IMG/VR virus record: IMGVR_UViG_3300031957_002411
Coordinates: 71,791 to 135,790 of that record
Strand: one strand, 5' to 3'
DNA length: 64,000 nucleotides
From: a virus
The notes beneath the pieces are model-generated. The model saw only the letters and a program-made list of their open reading frames with translations. It did no database searches and was not told the DNA's origin. The translations under genes were made by a program, and so were the position numbers. Shown in pieces: positions 30,017-39,100 of this stretch; the first letter of the stretch is position 1; each line of letters starts with the position of its first letter.

Positions 30017-30630
30017 CGTAATATATCCTCTATTATCTTGGTTAGAAAAATATCTGTCTGACGAGTTACAATAGATCTAGTTATAAAATTGTCATCTGGA
30101 ACTCCAGCAAATGCTGGGGGAACTCTAAAAGATCCACCCTTCTCCATAGTCCCTAATCCAGTTCTACCGAGACCACTTTCTGGTGAATAATCGTAACCTA
30201 CCACAATAATTCTATCCCCAAACTCTAACAGCCATCTCAGCCAGTGTAAAACGCCACCATCTATAACCGTATTCCCAGTGGATAGAGAAAGAAGATTCGC
30301 AAAGTTAGAAGGTTGAACATATATTTCTATGTCGCCTTTTAATTTAGCATTGTATTTTGTTACATTAACTTTTACAGAACTTTCTACTGCGCTAACTATA
30401 TCTTCTACAGCAGAAACAGGATCAAGTACACCTAAAGCTCCCTGAAGATATCCACCTCTTAATTCTATCATTTCATAACTATTATTTATTTGTATTCCTA
30501 CATATTCCTTAATCTTCCTTTCTAATGTAGCTTTTGCGTTTGATAGCTTCTTATTTAAATGTTCTGCTATGGCAGCATTGATGTCTGCTTCTATATCTTT
30601 TACGCTGTCTACTAACTTTAAAGTAATCAT
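30013..30630 (-). CDS. Putative neck/tail-completion protein
   Basis: Start refined to ATG at 30630 (TAATG coupling with upstream stop); 'WLRWLLEFG...GVPDDNFITRSI' C-terminus; neck-region synteny. Confidence 0.5.
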   Translation of the reverse strand: MITLKLVDSVKDIEADINAAIAEHLNKKLSNAKATLERKIKEYVGIQINNSYEMIELRGGYLQGALGVLDPVSAVEDIVSAVESSVKVNVTKYNAKLKGDIEIYVQPSNFANLLSLSTGNTVIDGGVLHWLRWLLEFGDRIIVVGYDYSPESGLGRTGLGTMEKGGSFRVPPAFAGVPDDNFITRSIVTRQTDIFLTKIIEDILR

Positions 30631-31112
30631 TATGCTCGTTTCCACATGATAGCAAAATAACGGTCTTGTTTAAGTCCCAAAGGTATGTGTTCGCCATTTC
30701 TGACAAACCTTTGTTCTTTGACATCTTTAATTCCTGAATGTACTATCAACTCTTTAGCTCTCAAAACATTTGCAAGATTTGACATTAAGCCTATGGTTTG
30801 AATTGATCCGTCAGGTATTTGTATGGCATCAGTAATTCCTGTCCATTGTTTTTTGTCCCAATAAACTTTTAGTTTTATATCGGTTAATACTTCAGTTTCT
30901 ACAATTGTGACAGTGCCTCTATCTCTGTCTCCACCGCCTCTTCTGTGATCATTGATAGTGTTCACATCGGGCAAGTTGTTATCTGGATTATATACTATTT
31001 TTTCTTTTTTCTCAATAGAAACTAATTGACATGTGACACCAAAGATGTCAAACGTAGAATCTATAACTTCAAAGTATTTATCAAATACAGATTGTGGTAC
31101 ATTAATTGCCAT
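30630..31112 (-). CDS. Putative head closure/stopper protein (160 aa)
   Basis: Size and position in the neck module. Confidence 0.45.
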   Translation of the reverse strand: MAINVPQSVFDKYFEVIDSTFDIFGVTCQLVSIEKKEKIVYNPDNNLPDVNTINDHRRGGGDRDRGTVTIVETEVLTDIKLKVYWDKKQWTGITDAIQIPDGSIQTIGLMSNLANVLRAKELIVHSGIKDVKEQRFVRNGEHIPLGLKQDRYFAIMWKRA

Positions 31113-31115
31113 AAA

Positions 31116-33152
31116 TCACCATACAGTTAGTGCCGCTCTTTTCCACATATATCCAGATGGTGCAGAGCCGCTAGGTACAAAAGCATAAATATAATTTGAG
31201 TCAAAGACAAGATCACCAGAGTTTCCGGGTGTGTAAGAACTAGTTGCTGGTGTTTTATTGTATGGAATTGTTTGAACTTGTATTTGACCAGACATTGCCG
31301 CATGATTCTGACAGTTATACCATAAAACACTTGGTGCATTTTGAGGTACGGTAAATCTAAGTATACCATTACCTATACCATTATTATAGACACCGCTATC
31401 TTCAGTTAGTGCTACGCCAGAAACGCCTTCATAATCCCCAGCTTTAGGCTCTGTAGTAATGAAGAATGTATGAGTGCCTACATTTAAATTAAAATCATAA
31501 GTCATACCTCTATATAATTTTAATGCAGGATCGTCTACATTTTGAAAACCCATACCATTGAAACGGTAAGCTGAAGATCCATTGTTAGTAACGTTAAATG
31601 TATTGATAGCTGGAAGACCGCCACTTCCTAAAATTTCTACACCTTGTATAGTACCTGAAGAATTGAGATTTTGAGTATTCAACGTATCGCTAGTATTATC
31701 AAACACAAAAGAAAAATTTGTATCAATCCCAACTGCACCACTATCTGCAATACTAGCTACAAATGGAACACCACTTAGATTTGGTTCAAGATTAAATCCT
31801 TTAACGTCAGGACCGGCGATTTTATGCTTACCAAGTTGAACCAAGATAGAACCGTTGCTGGAATGTGACCGGATGACAAAACCAATCGGTACTCTGTAAT
31901 CTGGAAGTGATGGCATAGCATTTCCAGAACTTGTCACCAAAGCGCCAGAGGTTGATGGTGATAAAAATAGCTCATCAGCCGTATTAAAGTTTGAAGTGTC
32001 TAAATTTCTAATTACGCCATCAGTATTAACATAACCGAAAGAATTATGTGAAATATCATGAGCTGTTAATCCAATAACATTTGAAAGAAATTCACCACTT
32101 CCTATTGCTTCGTCTATTTCAGGAGCCTCGTTATTATGAGAACCTATTATTCTTACTGCATTACCTTTAGATATAGTAAATCCAGTATTATTTCTAACTC
32201 TCATCAATAAATCTCTACCAATGTGCTGCCTAATAGAAGACTCATCATTGTAGACAACTAGAGAGTGAAGATCTGCATCATACCATACTAAACCCTCACC
32301 ATGAGAAGGATAATCTGCTTCAGCTTTTAATGTCATGTGCATAACGTCAGGATCGCAAATGCCACTAACAACATTAATCTTATTATTCAGTATACCAGAC
32401 GCTTGATCTAAGAACGGATAATCATCTTTAGCTAAGGCTCTAAAATTTGGATAATCAGTACAGTCTCCACAACCACTTGGTGGACCAGCAAAAACAGTTC
32501 CTTCGTTTTGTTGTTTTAGCCAGAAATATTGATTAACCACCCCACTAAGTTCTATGACCGCTTCAATGTTAGAGTCACCTAAAAGATTTTTATTAAAAGG
32601 ATCTGTTTGAGAGCCACTAGGAAAGAGAACTCCAGAAGTTCCAACAATTATACCAGAGCTTCTAATTGAAGATTCAAACTCGCTACCTCCAACATCTATT
32701 GCATACTGAGGAGTTGATGTATTTATACCGAGTCTATTATTAGATCTATCCCATATAAAATTGCTATTGTAATCTAAAGTATGAGCAGATCCCCAAATAG
32801 CCACACCGCTGTCTTGCGCAACATTAAGATCATCTAACCCAGAACCGCTTAGTATAGCATGAGTAGCAGGATATGTGGAGTAAATTTCTTTTATTCCAGC
32901 GCTAAAGCTAACTTTATTATCACTGTTTGAACTTCTTAACGGATGTCTGACGATGCCAGTATGGTAAGTGCCAGACCCAACCTCATAGTCAACACCATCG
33001 GTCACTGCATAGAATAACCTATCTCCACTAGTGTAGATGGAGCTAAAACTAGAGAATCCATTAGGAGGCCCAGACAGAGTAAAGTCATTAGTACCTTCAG
33101 TATACGTAAGTTCCTTTACTCTATCATATAAATTAATACGAGAGTCTGGCAT
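31116..33152 (-). CDS. Fibre-like virion protein (678 aa) with C-terminal cupredoxin-like C-x2-H-x2-M motif
   Basis: N-terminal 'DRVKE...FTLSG...YEVGSGT' phage structural motif; 'WDRSNNRLGINTSTPQYAIDVGG' fibre repeat; 'LRFTVPQNAPSVLWYNCQNHAAMSG'. Confidence 0.6.
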   Translation of the reverse strand: MPDSRINLYDRVKELTYTEGTNDFTLSGPPNGFSSFSSIYTSGDRLFYAVTDGVDYEVGSGTYHTGIVRHPLRSSNSDNKVSFSAGIKEIYSTYPATHAILSGSGLDDLNVAQDSGVAIWGSAHTLDYNSNFIWDRSNNRLGINTSTPQYAIDVGGSEFESSIRSSGIIVGTSGVLFPSGSQTDPFNKNLLGDSNIEAVIELSGVVNQYFWLKQQNEGTVFAGPPSGCGDCTDYPNFRALAKDDYPFLDQASGILNNKINVVSGICDPDVMHMTLKAEADYPSHGEGLVWYDADLHSLVVYNDESSIRQHIGRDLLMRVRNNTGFTISKGNAVRIIGSHNNEAPEIDEAIGSGEFLSNVIGLTAHDISHNSFGYVNTDGVIRNLDTSNFNTADELFLSPSTSGALVTSSGNAMPSLPDYRVPIGFVIRSHSSNGSILVQLGKHKIAGPDVKGFNLEPNLSGVPFVASIADSGAVGIDTNFSFVFDNTSDTLNTQNLNSSGTIQGVEILGSGGLPAINTFNVTNNGSSAYRFNGMGFQNVDDPALKLYRGMTYDFNLNVGTHTFFITTEPKAGDYEGVSGVALTEDSGVYNNGIGNGILRFTVPQNAPSVLWYNCQNHAAMSGQIQVQTIPYNKTPATSSYTPGNSGDLVFDSNYIYAFVPSGSAPSGYMWKRAALTVW

Positions 33153-33164
33153 GTTATACCCTTA

Positions 33165-34223
33165 TTATGTAAAGTTCGTAATAGTAACAGAAGCTTCTGG
33201 TACAACTCCACTTTGATGTCCAAATATGACGACATCATTAACTCTTGAATTAACGAATTCACCATTGTCATTTCTAACAGCTAAAGTAAAGAAGTCAGAA
33301 TTTCTAACGACTACAGCTGGTGTAACCAAGTCCATACTTTGTGGTCCAGAATTAGAAGTAGTACCATTTGCATGAGCAACTACCGTGTAATCGGTAGATC
33401 CATCTGCTACTAGTCCAGACTTAAAGTATATCTTATAAGTTCCAGCACCACTAGCCTCAATTGCTGACACATTGTAAGCACTATTAACAGTGATACCGCT
33501 AAGACCACTATCACTCAAAGAACCATTGAGGTAAGCTGCTCCGTTGAAACTAATCCAAGCCAACGCAGTACTTTTAGCAGTGTGTAGAGTTGATTTGTCA
33601 TAGTCAAACTCAAACTGAGAGTAAGTAGTATCAGTTCCACCGTAATTTCCACTACCAACATGAATTATTTCGCCATACTTGCCAGTGTCTGGGTTCGTTG
33701 TTTCAAAACCCAAACCGTGATTATTAAATGTGATTCCAAGATCTACTAAACCTTTGTTACCACTGCAATTAATCCAACCTTGATTATTACCAATCAAAGT
33801 ATTGTCGATATTATTATAGATATCACCTAGACCTATATTGCCAAGAAATGTTCTCACGCCGCTAGTTGGAACATAAGCGTCATGATCATCCCCAGTTAGA
33901 CCAGCTAAACCGCTATGCTGAATCTCTCCAACACCTCTAAACGGTATAGTTTGTATCTTGTTAGCTTCTGAATATCCAGATGTATCAGAGGTGTCAAATT
34001 TGACTCCACTTTCTGCGACTATTCGTGCAGCAAAGATAACAGATTGATTATTACCATTAATCTTATGAGTCTGGAAGTCTCCACTAGCTACTATTGGAAC
34101 AATAGAGTCAACTGTATCAACCATATTGTTTCTAATATCAGCAGCAGAGATTGATCCAGCGTTATTGTCAGCTATGTCAGTATTTATGCTACTAACTAGA
34201 TCGCTAGCGTTTTGAATTGCCAT
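33165..34223 (-). CDS. Fibre-like virion protein (352 aa)
   Basis: C-terminal 'AKSTALAWISFNG...SAYNVSAIEASGAGTYKIYF' fibre-tip-like motif; GGGAG RBS. Confidence 0.55.
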   Translation of the reverse strand: MAIQNASDLVSSINTDIADNNAGSISAADIRNNMVDTVDSIVPIVASGDFQTHKINGNNQSVIFAARIVAESGVKFDTSDTSGYSEANKIQTIPFRGVGEIQHSGLAGLTGDDHDAYVPTSGVRTFLGNIGLGDIYNNIDNTLIGNNQGWINCSGNKGLVDLGITFNNHGLGFETTNPDTGKYGEIIHVGSGNYGGTDTTYSQFEFDYDKSTLHTAKSTALAWISFNGAAYLNGSLSDSGLSGITVNSAYNVSAIEASGAGTYKIYFKSGLVADGSTDYTVVAHANGTTSNSGPQSMDLVTPAVVVRNSDFFTLAVRNDNGEFVNSRVNDVVIFGHQSGVVPEASVTITNFT

Positions 34224-34237
34224 TTTCTATTCTCCCT

Positions 34238-34759
34238 TTAGTAACCGAAGTATCCACCTCTAAAATCGTAATTATTATGAGTCCTAGTAACGAAATCACT
34301 ACCCGGACTGTAAGGACCAAGTATAGCTTGACCCGCTAGACTTCCACCAGCAACATAATCGTATGTGAGCTGATCGTATTTTTCGCACAAATCTTTGTAT
34401 AATACATTTAACGTATTTGCGACACCTCTCAAGTCTATTGCAGAAGGTCCGTCCTTAATTGATATCGCATTGGAAGCCTCTGATCTAACTTCACTGCCAA
34501 TTATTACACAGGCAGTTTTTAGCGTAGTTAAATTTATAAAAGCATTATCTTTTGTGTCAGTATCTGTAGGATCAGGTGTCAATGTAGATTGTTCGACATT
34601 AACAACGTAATCATTGTCAAAATCCATGTCTTGAGAAACAAGTTGTGCAGCCACTAGTATTGTTGTCTCTAATCTAGAAACAGAGTACTTATAATTAGTT
34701 TGGTCTACGTCATTTATCATATGACGAACCATAGTTGAAATTTGACCTTGCCAAGACAT
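34238..34759 (-). CDS. Putative head-tail adaptor protein (173 aa)
   Basis: Helical 'MVRHMINDVD...YS..RL' start and 'ISIKDGPSAID' hairpin fit adaptor proteins; position at start of neck module. Confidence 0.5.
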   Translation of the reverse strand: MSWQGQISTMVRHMINDVDQTNYKYSVSRLETTILVAAQLVSQDMDFDNDYVVNVEQSTLTPDPTDTDTKDNAFINLTTLKTACVIIGSEVRSEASNAISIKDGPSAIDLRGVANTLNVLYKDLCEKYDQLTYDYVAGGSLAGQAILGPYSPGSDFVTRTHNNYDFRGGYFGY

Positions 34760-34767
34760 ATTTGCAC

Positions 34768-35076
34768 CTACAGATTATAGTTTGTTTTAAAATTGTAAAT
34801 ATCAGTATAGAAAGTTCCGCTAGTAGGGATTACTATTTTAGCTTGAAGTTTGTAGTGTCCAGCTTCGTCCAAATCTCCAGAAACAGTGTCGTAATACATT
34901 TTGCCATCAGTGCCATCTCCAGTGAGAACGCCACTACGAACGATAACTTCATCGTCTGGTTTTCTGAAAATAACGTCTTTTGTAGTAGCTCCAGATATAT
35001 TGATACCACTACCGCCCTCTTGTATGGTAATGGAAAATCTAGTGCCAATATTGCCAACATGTATTTCGCTAGGCAT
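34768..35076 (-). CDS. Small Ig-like virion protein resembling the BppU N-terminal domain (102 aa)
   Basis: 'INISGAT...FRKPD...DGTDGKMYYDTVSGDLDEAGHYKLQAKI' pattern; GAGG RBS. Confidence 0.55.
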   Translation of the reverse strand: MPSEIHVGNIGTRFSITIQEGGSGINISGATTKDVIFRKPDDEVIVRSGVLTGDGTDGKMYYDTVSGDLDEAGHYKLQAKIVIPTSGTFYTDIYNFKTNYNL

Positions 35077-35079
35077 ATT

Positions 35080-35142
35080 TTACCTCAATAAAGTTACTTC
35101 TTGAGTCTTGACTATTATTAATGTTATTTCTACAGTTTTCAT
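35080..35142 (-). CDS. Putative 20-aa micropeptide MKTVEITLIIVKTQEVTLLR (below ORF-track cutoff)
   Basis: First ORF after the GTGTATA motif at 35179; GAGAG upstream; stop 3 nt before the next ATG. Confidence 0.4.
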   Translation of the reverse strand: MKTVEITLIIVKTQEVTLLR

Positions 35143-35178
35143 GTAATTCTCTCATTTTAAGGCATTTATACAATAATA

Positions 35179-35185
35179 TATACAC
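35179..35185 (-). promoter_or_regulatory. Putative late promoter motif GTGTATA (neck module)
   Basis: Intergenic CGGTGTATATAT just after the stop of 35189-35482. Confidence 0.6.
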
Positions 35186-35188
35186 CGA

Positions 35189-35482
35189 TTAATCGCAGGA
35201 ACAAGGTCTAACCGTGAAAGTGAAAAGTGCCGATGCTGCATCTTGTCTCCCGTACTTATCTTTTGCTAGCACTCTAGCGCGAATACGACCACCATTAGAA
35301 GGTAGCGACGAAAATCCATTATAGTAAATACCACTACCATCTAACACAAAACTTTGATTATTAGAATACGCTGGATCAAGCTCAAAAACTACATGGTCAT
35401 CCCGAGTGCCTTCACAAAAAGTTGTTAAATCTACGTAAAGATAACCTAGAAGTTGTTGTTGACCATAATTAGGACAGCTCAT
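35189..35482 (-). CDS. Hypothetical protein (97 aa), Ig-like with terminal Cys residues
   Basis: AGGAG RBS; 'IRARVLAKDKYGRQDAASALFTFTV' beta pattern. Confidence 0.65.
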   Translation of the reverse strand: MSCPNYGQQQLLGYLYVDLTTFCEGTRDDHVVFELDPAYSNNQSFVLDGSGIYYNGFSSLPSNGGRIRARVLAKDKYGRQDAASALFTFTVRPCSCD

Positions 35483-35483
35483 A

Positions 35484-36113
35484 TTATACTCCTACTTTTT
35501 TAGCTCTGCTAATTGCTAACTTTAATATTTTTTTAGCTCCAAATCTTAAGAATGGTAAACGTCTTTTTTTAGCCTCTTCCTCAAGCCAATCTAGTATAAT
35601 TTTTTGATTTTCTTCACACCACTCAATTCCCTTTTTATCCATAACTTTCGCTTTTTGATTACAACTGCAATTGGGAGTTGCCCTAATTCCTATGTAAGAC
35701 AGTAGTTTTTTAAGCTCAGTCCCAACGCCGCTAGAAGACTCGTCTTCTTTAGGAAGATTTGGAGGTTTTGCTGGAAATTCTACATGAGAATCTTTTATTT
35801 TATTATCTACATCAGCATATTCTTGAGAATTCTCTCCATACTTATCAGCTATAAAATTTCTTTGGAAAATATTGACAGCTTCCTCATTTCCCACAATTGA
35901 CATATCATTTGGTATACTATCATCTCCATCAAATAATTTTGGAGGATATACCGGATTCTCTGTATCCACTGTCCATACAGGACCGTCCATGTCAACAATA
36001 CAAGCTGACGAGGACTCAATAGTTACAGCATATTTTCCACACAATTTACAAAATTCCATTCTATCCATTTTTCTATACATGTTAATACCCTTTCTTTTTA
36101 AATTAATATCCAA
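35484..36113 (-). CDS. Hypothetical protein (209 aa) with C-terminal 'GTELKKLL..GI..TPNCSCN..A..MD..G..WC' domain
   Basis: Intact ORF; start may be the internal Met after AAGGG (MYRKMD). Confidence 0.7.
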   Translation of the reverse strand: MDINLKRKGINMYRKMDRMEFCKLCGKYAVTIESSSACIVDMDGPVWTVDTENPVYPPKLFDGDDSIPNDMSIVGNEEAVNIFQRNFIADKYGENSQEYADVDNKIKDSHVEFPAKPPNLPKEDESSSGVGTELKKLLSYIGIRATPNCSCNQKAKVMDKKGIEWCEENQKIILDWLEEEAKKRRLPFLRFGAKKILKLAISRAKKVGV

Positions 36114-39100
36114 CCTTCACCAAACGCTTGTTCGCAATCATAATTACTCAAATACCCCGGTTCGTCTCCACATCCATCAAAATAACCCGGATCACCACTC
36201 CCATCGTAATCTCCTTTCATACAACTTGGAGTGCTGCACTGACAACCATCATACGCTGGACCAATATTGTCATCACATGCTTCACACATGGTTTGTCCAG
36301 CATCCACTGCATCTTTTACGGATTGAGGCCAGCAACATTCGCGCGGTCCATAATAATCATTGTGAACATCGGTAGCAGTCGTCCACCCCCCACAATCTCT
36401 TTCACAATCAAAATCATAATTATAGAAATGTCCCCCGAAGTTGGCATCACATGCTTCATCAGTATCGCCCCCAGAAGCGCTTCCGGGCTGACTGATTGAT
36501 GGGCAGCCACAATATTCATCACTTGTACTATAACTCAAAGTCCATAAAGGAGGACCAGAAGGGCAAGCTGATGTACTAATAACAGTTCCAAAACTTACGC
36601 TAGCGGCAGTGCAATTTGTGCAGTTTCCACCAATTTGCCAGCCATCACAAGCTACCCCATCATAAGATTGACCACCAGCCTTAGCGTTACATAAAAAGAA
36701 TTTTTGATAATATGGTGCATCAGGACCATTATTACCAACAACTTTAGTAGCACTCCAGCTACAAGTTTCACTTTCATAAGCCCATTGATGTCTTGCGCTA
36801 TCAGCTGTACAATTTGCAAAAGGACCAAAGAATCCACTCCCGTCCCAACTTCCCTGTTCGTTATCATCACAGCCACATGAAACACCACTACATTCATCAT
36901 CAGGTGGATCGAAAGCTGTTGTGGTTGGTCCCGCTGTTGTTGCTGCTGCTGTTGTGGTTGTTGCTGCCGCTGTGGTTGATGTTGTTGGCGCTGCTGTTGT
37001 TGATGTTGTTGGTGCTGCTGTTGTTGATGTTGTTGGCGCTGCTGTTGTGGTTGTTGCTGCTCCTGTTGTGGTTGCTGCTCCTGTTGTTGATGTTGTTGGC
37101 GCTGCTGTGGTTGTTGTTGGTGTCGGTGTTGTTGATGTTTCTGTTGTTGATGTTCCTGTCGTTGACGTTGACGTTGATGTTGAAGTTGATGTTGAAGTTG
37201 ATGTTGAAGTTGATGTTGAAGTTGATGTTGAAGTTGATGTTGGTGCTTCCGTTGTAGTTGGCGCTAATGTTGTTGTTGGTGCTTCTGTGCTTGTTGGTGG
37301 TGGTGTTCCCATAGTTGAGCAGGGCTTATAACTAGTTAAGCAAGAAATATAAGCTAAAACACCAGTGTTTTCTCCCCTTCTTGTGATGGCAACTTCAATT
37401 ACCTCATATACAGGTGTAGGAGGATAACTTTCAAAATAGATACCATTCCATTTAAAACACATTCCGGGGAAAGCAGGTTGATCAGGACATTCTGGAGGTG
37501 CAGGGCATAATGAACCTGCTGGACAAGACCAATCAATAATGCACCCATTGCTATCTCTTATGGGGTCAGGAGCTATTGCAGATCCAATAACTCCAGTTCT
37601 TGGATCGCACTCTTCAAAACAACCGGGTTGATCAGGTACTGGAGGACATGGGGCGCGAGTTGTAACAGGTGGCGGGGTAGTAGGAGGAGAAGGATCAAGA
37701 CAGGGATCACCGTCTGGACATGTACAATTTTTTGGGCAACCTCTATTATCAAAAGTATATTCCCCTTCATTCCATCTATTTGCTGATTCATCATAACAAT
37801 ATTGCATTGGAACTAAACCGCATGGAACCGTAGGGTCTTGAGGAGGGCTACCATCTGGACAAGTATAACCTATTATACATCTACGTCCTTCATCACCAAA
37901 AACTGGACCATATATAGGATCAGCTTGCACTATATCCCCATTTTCGTCAACACAAGTTTCCACTGGTATATCTCGGCAATGTGGAGGTTGTGGCCTTGGA
38001 GGTTCTGGATCTTCACCAGTAGGGCAATCTTTAAATCCAATCACACATAGATTTTTATCAAGTATGGGGTCTGCTGGAGTCCATAGACCTGTTAAGGGAT
38101 CGTAGCAATACTCCCACTCATCTACATCGTCACTGCAAGGATTAGGTGCTGGGTCCGGTGGATCGCCATCTTCACATAGAAATCCAATAATACAGCCTGT
38201 CCCCTCATTTATTACAGGTGTAGCTGGAGTCCAACTATTTGTAGTTGGGTCATAGCAATACTGCTGATCTATTGGTCTACATTCTGGAGGAGGTGGTACG
38301 GGATCGTTATCTTCATCTATACAATTTTGATCAGTTATACATCCTGTAACTTGATCTATTTCTGGAGTAGCGGGAAAAATTTCACCTGTTTCGGGATCAT
38401 AACAATACTCTTGCAATACATTGTCTTGACAACCTTCTGGTGGATCTACCGGAGGGCTTCCATCTGGGCATGTGTAACCAGTGACACATCCTTGTTCATC
38501 CAGTGTTGGTGTTGCAGGAGTCTTGAAACCATCTTCGTCCACACAGTACTTTGTCTCTATTTCGCAAGGCGATGGAGGCAATGGAGGAAACGGATCTTCT
38601 GGATCTCCATCATCATCTCTGTCTTCGCAAATTTGATCAATTATACATCCGTTTGAATCCAAAACTGGAGTTGCAAAATATATCTCGTTTGTTGTTGAGT
38701 CCAAACAGTAATGTTGTAAAACAGTAGGACAATCATCTGAAGGATCTCTAGGAGGGCCTCCATCTGTGCAGAAAAAGCCAGTAATACATCCTCTTTCGTC
38801 CACTCTCGGTGTTGCAGGAACTTCGTTTCCATTTTCATCTAAACATACTTTCATAGGAAAAGTAGGACATGGAGTAGGTGGAAATGGAGTATCTGGTTCA
38901 CCATCGCCATCCCTATCTTCACAAGTGGGATCAGTTGGACATCCATCCGGCCCTACTGCTGAATCTGGGATATATATTTCACCTGTTGTTGGGTCTTGGC
39001 AGTATGTCTGTAATATAATAGGACAATCACCATCTGGATCTCTAGGAGGGCTTGGTTCAGGACAAGTATATCCAGTAATACAACCTCTATAGTCTGTTAT

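Noticed and set aside
36793-37331. Plus-strand Leu-rich (154 aa) and Val-rich (136 aa) ORFs that look like membrane proteins
   Set aside because: Antisense shadows of the ACA/TCA-rich Thr/Ser stalk codons; no RBS; opposite to the operon
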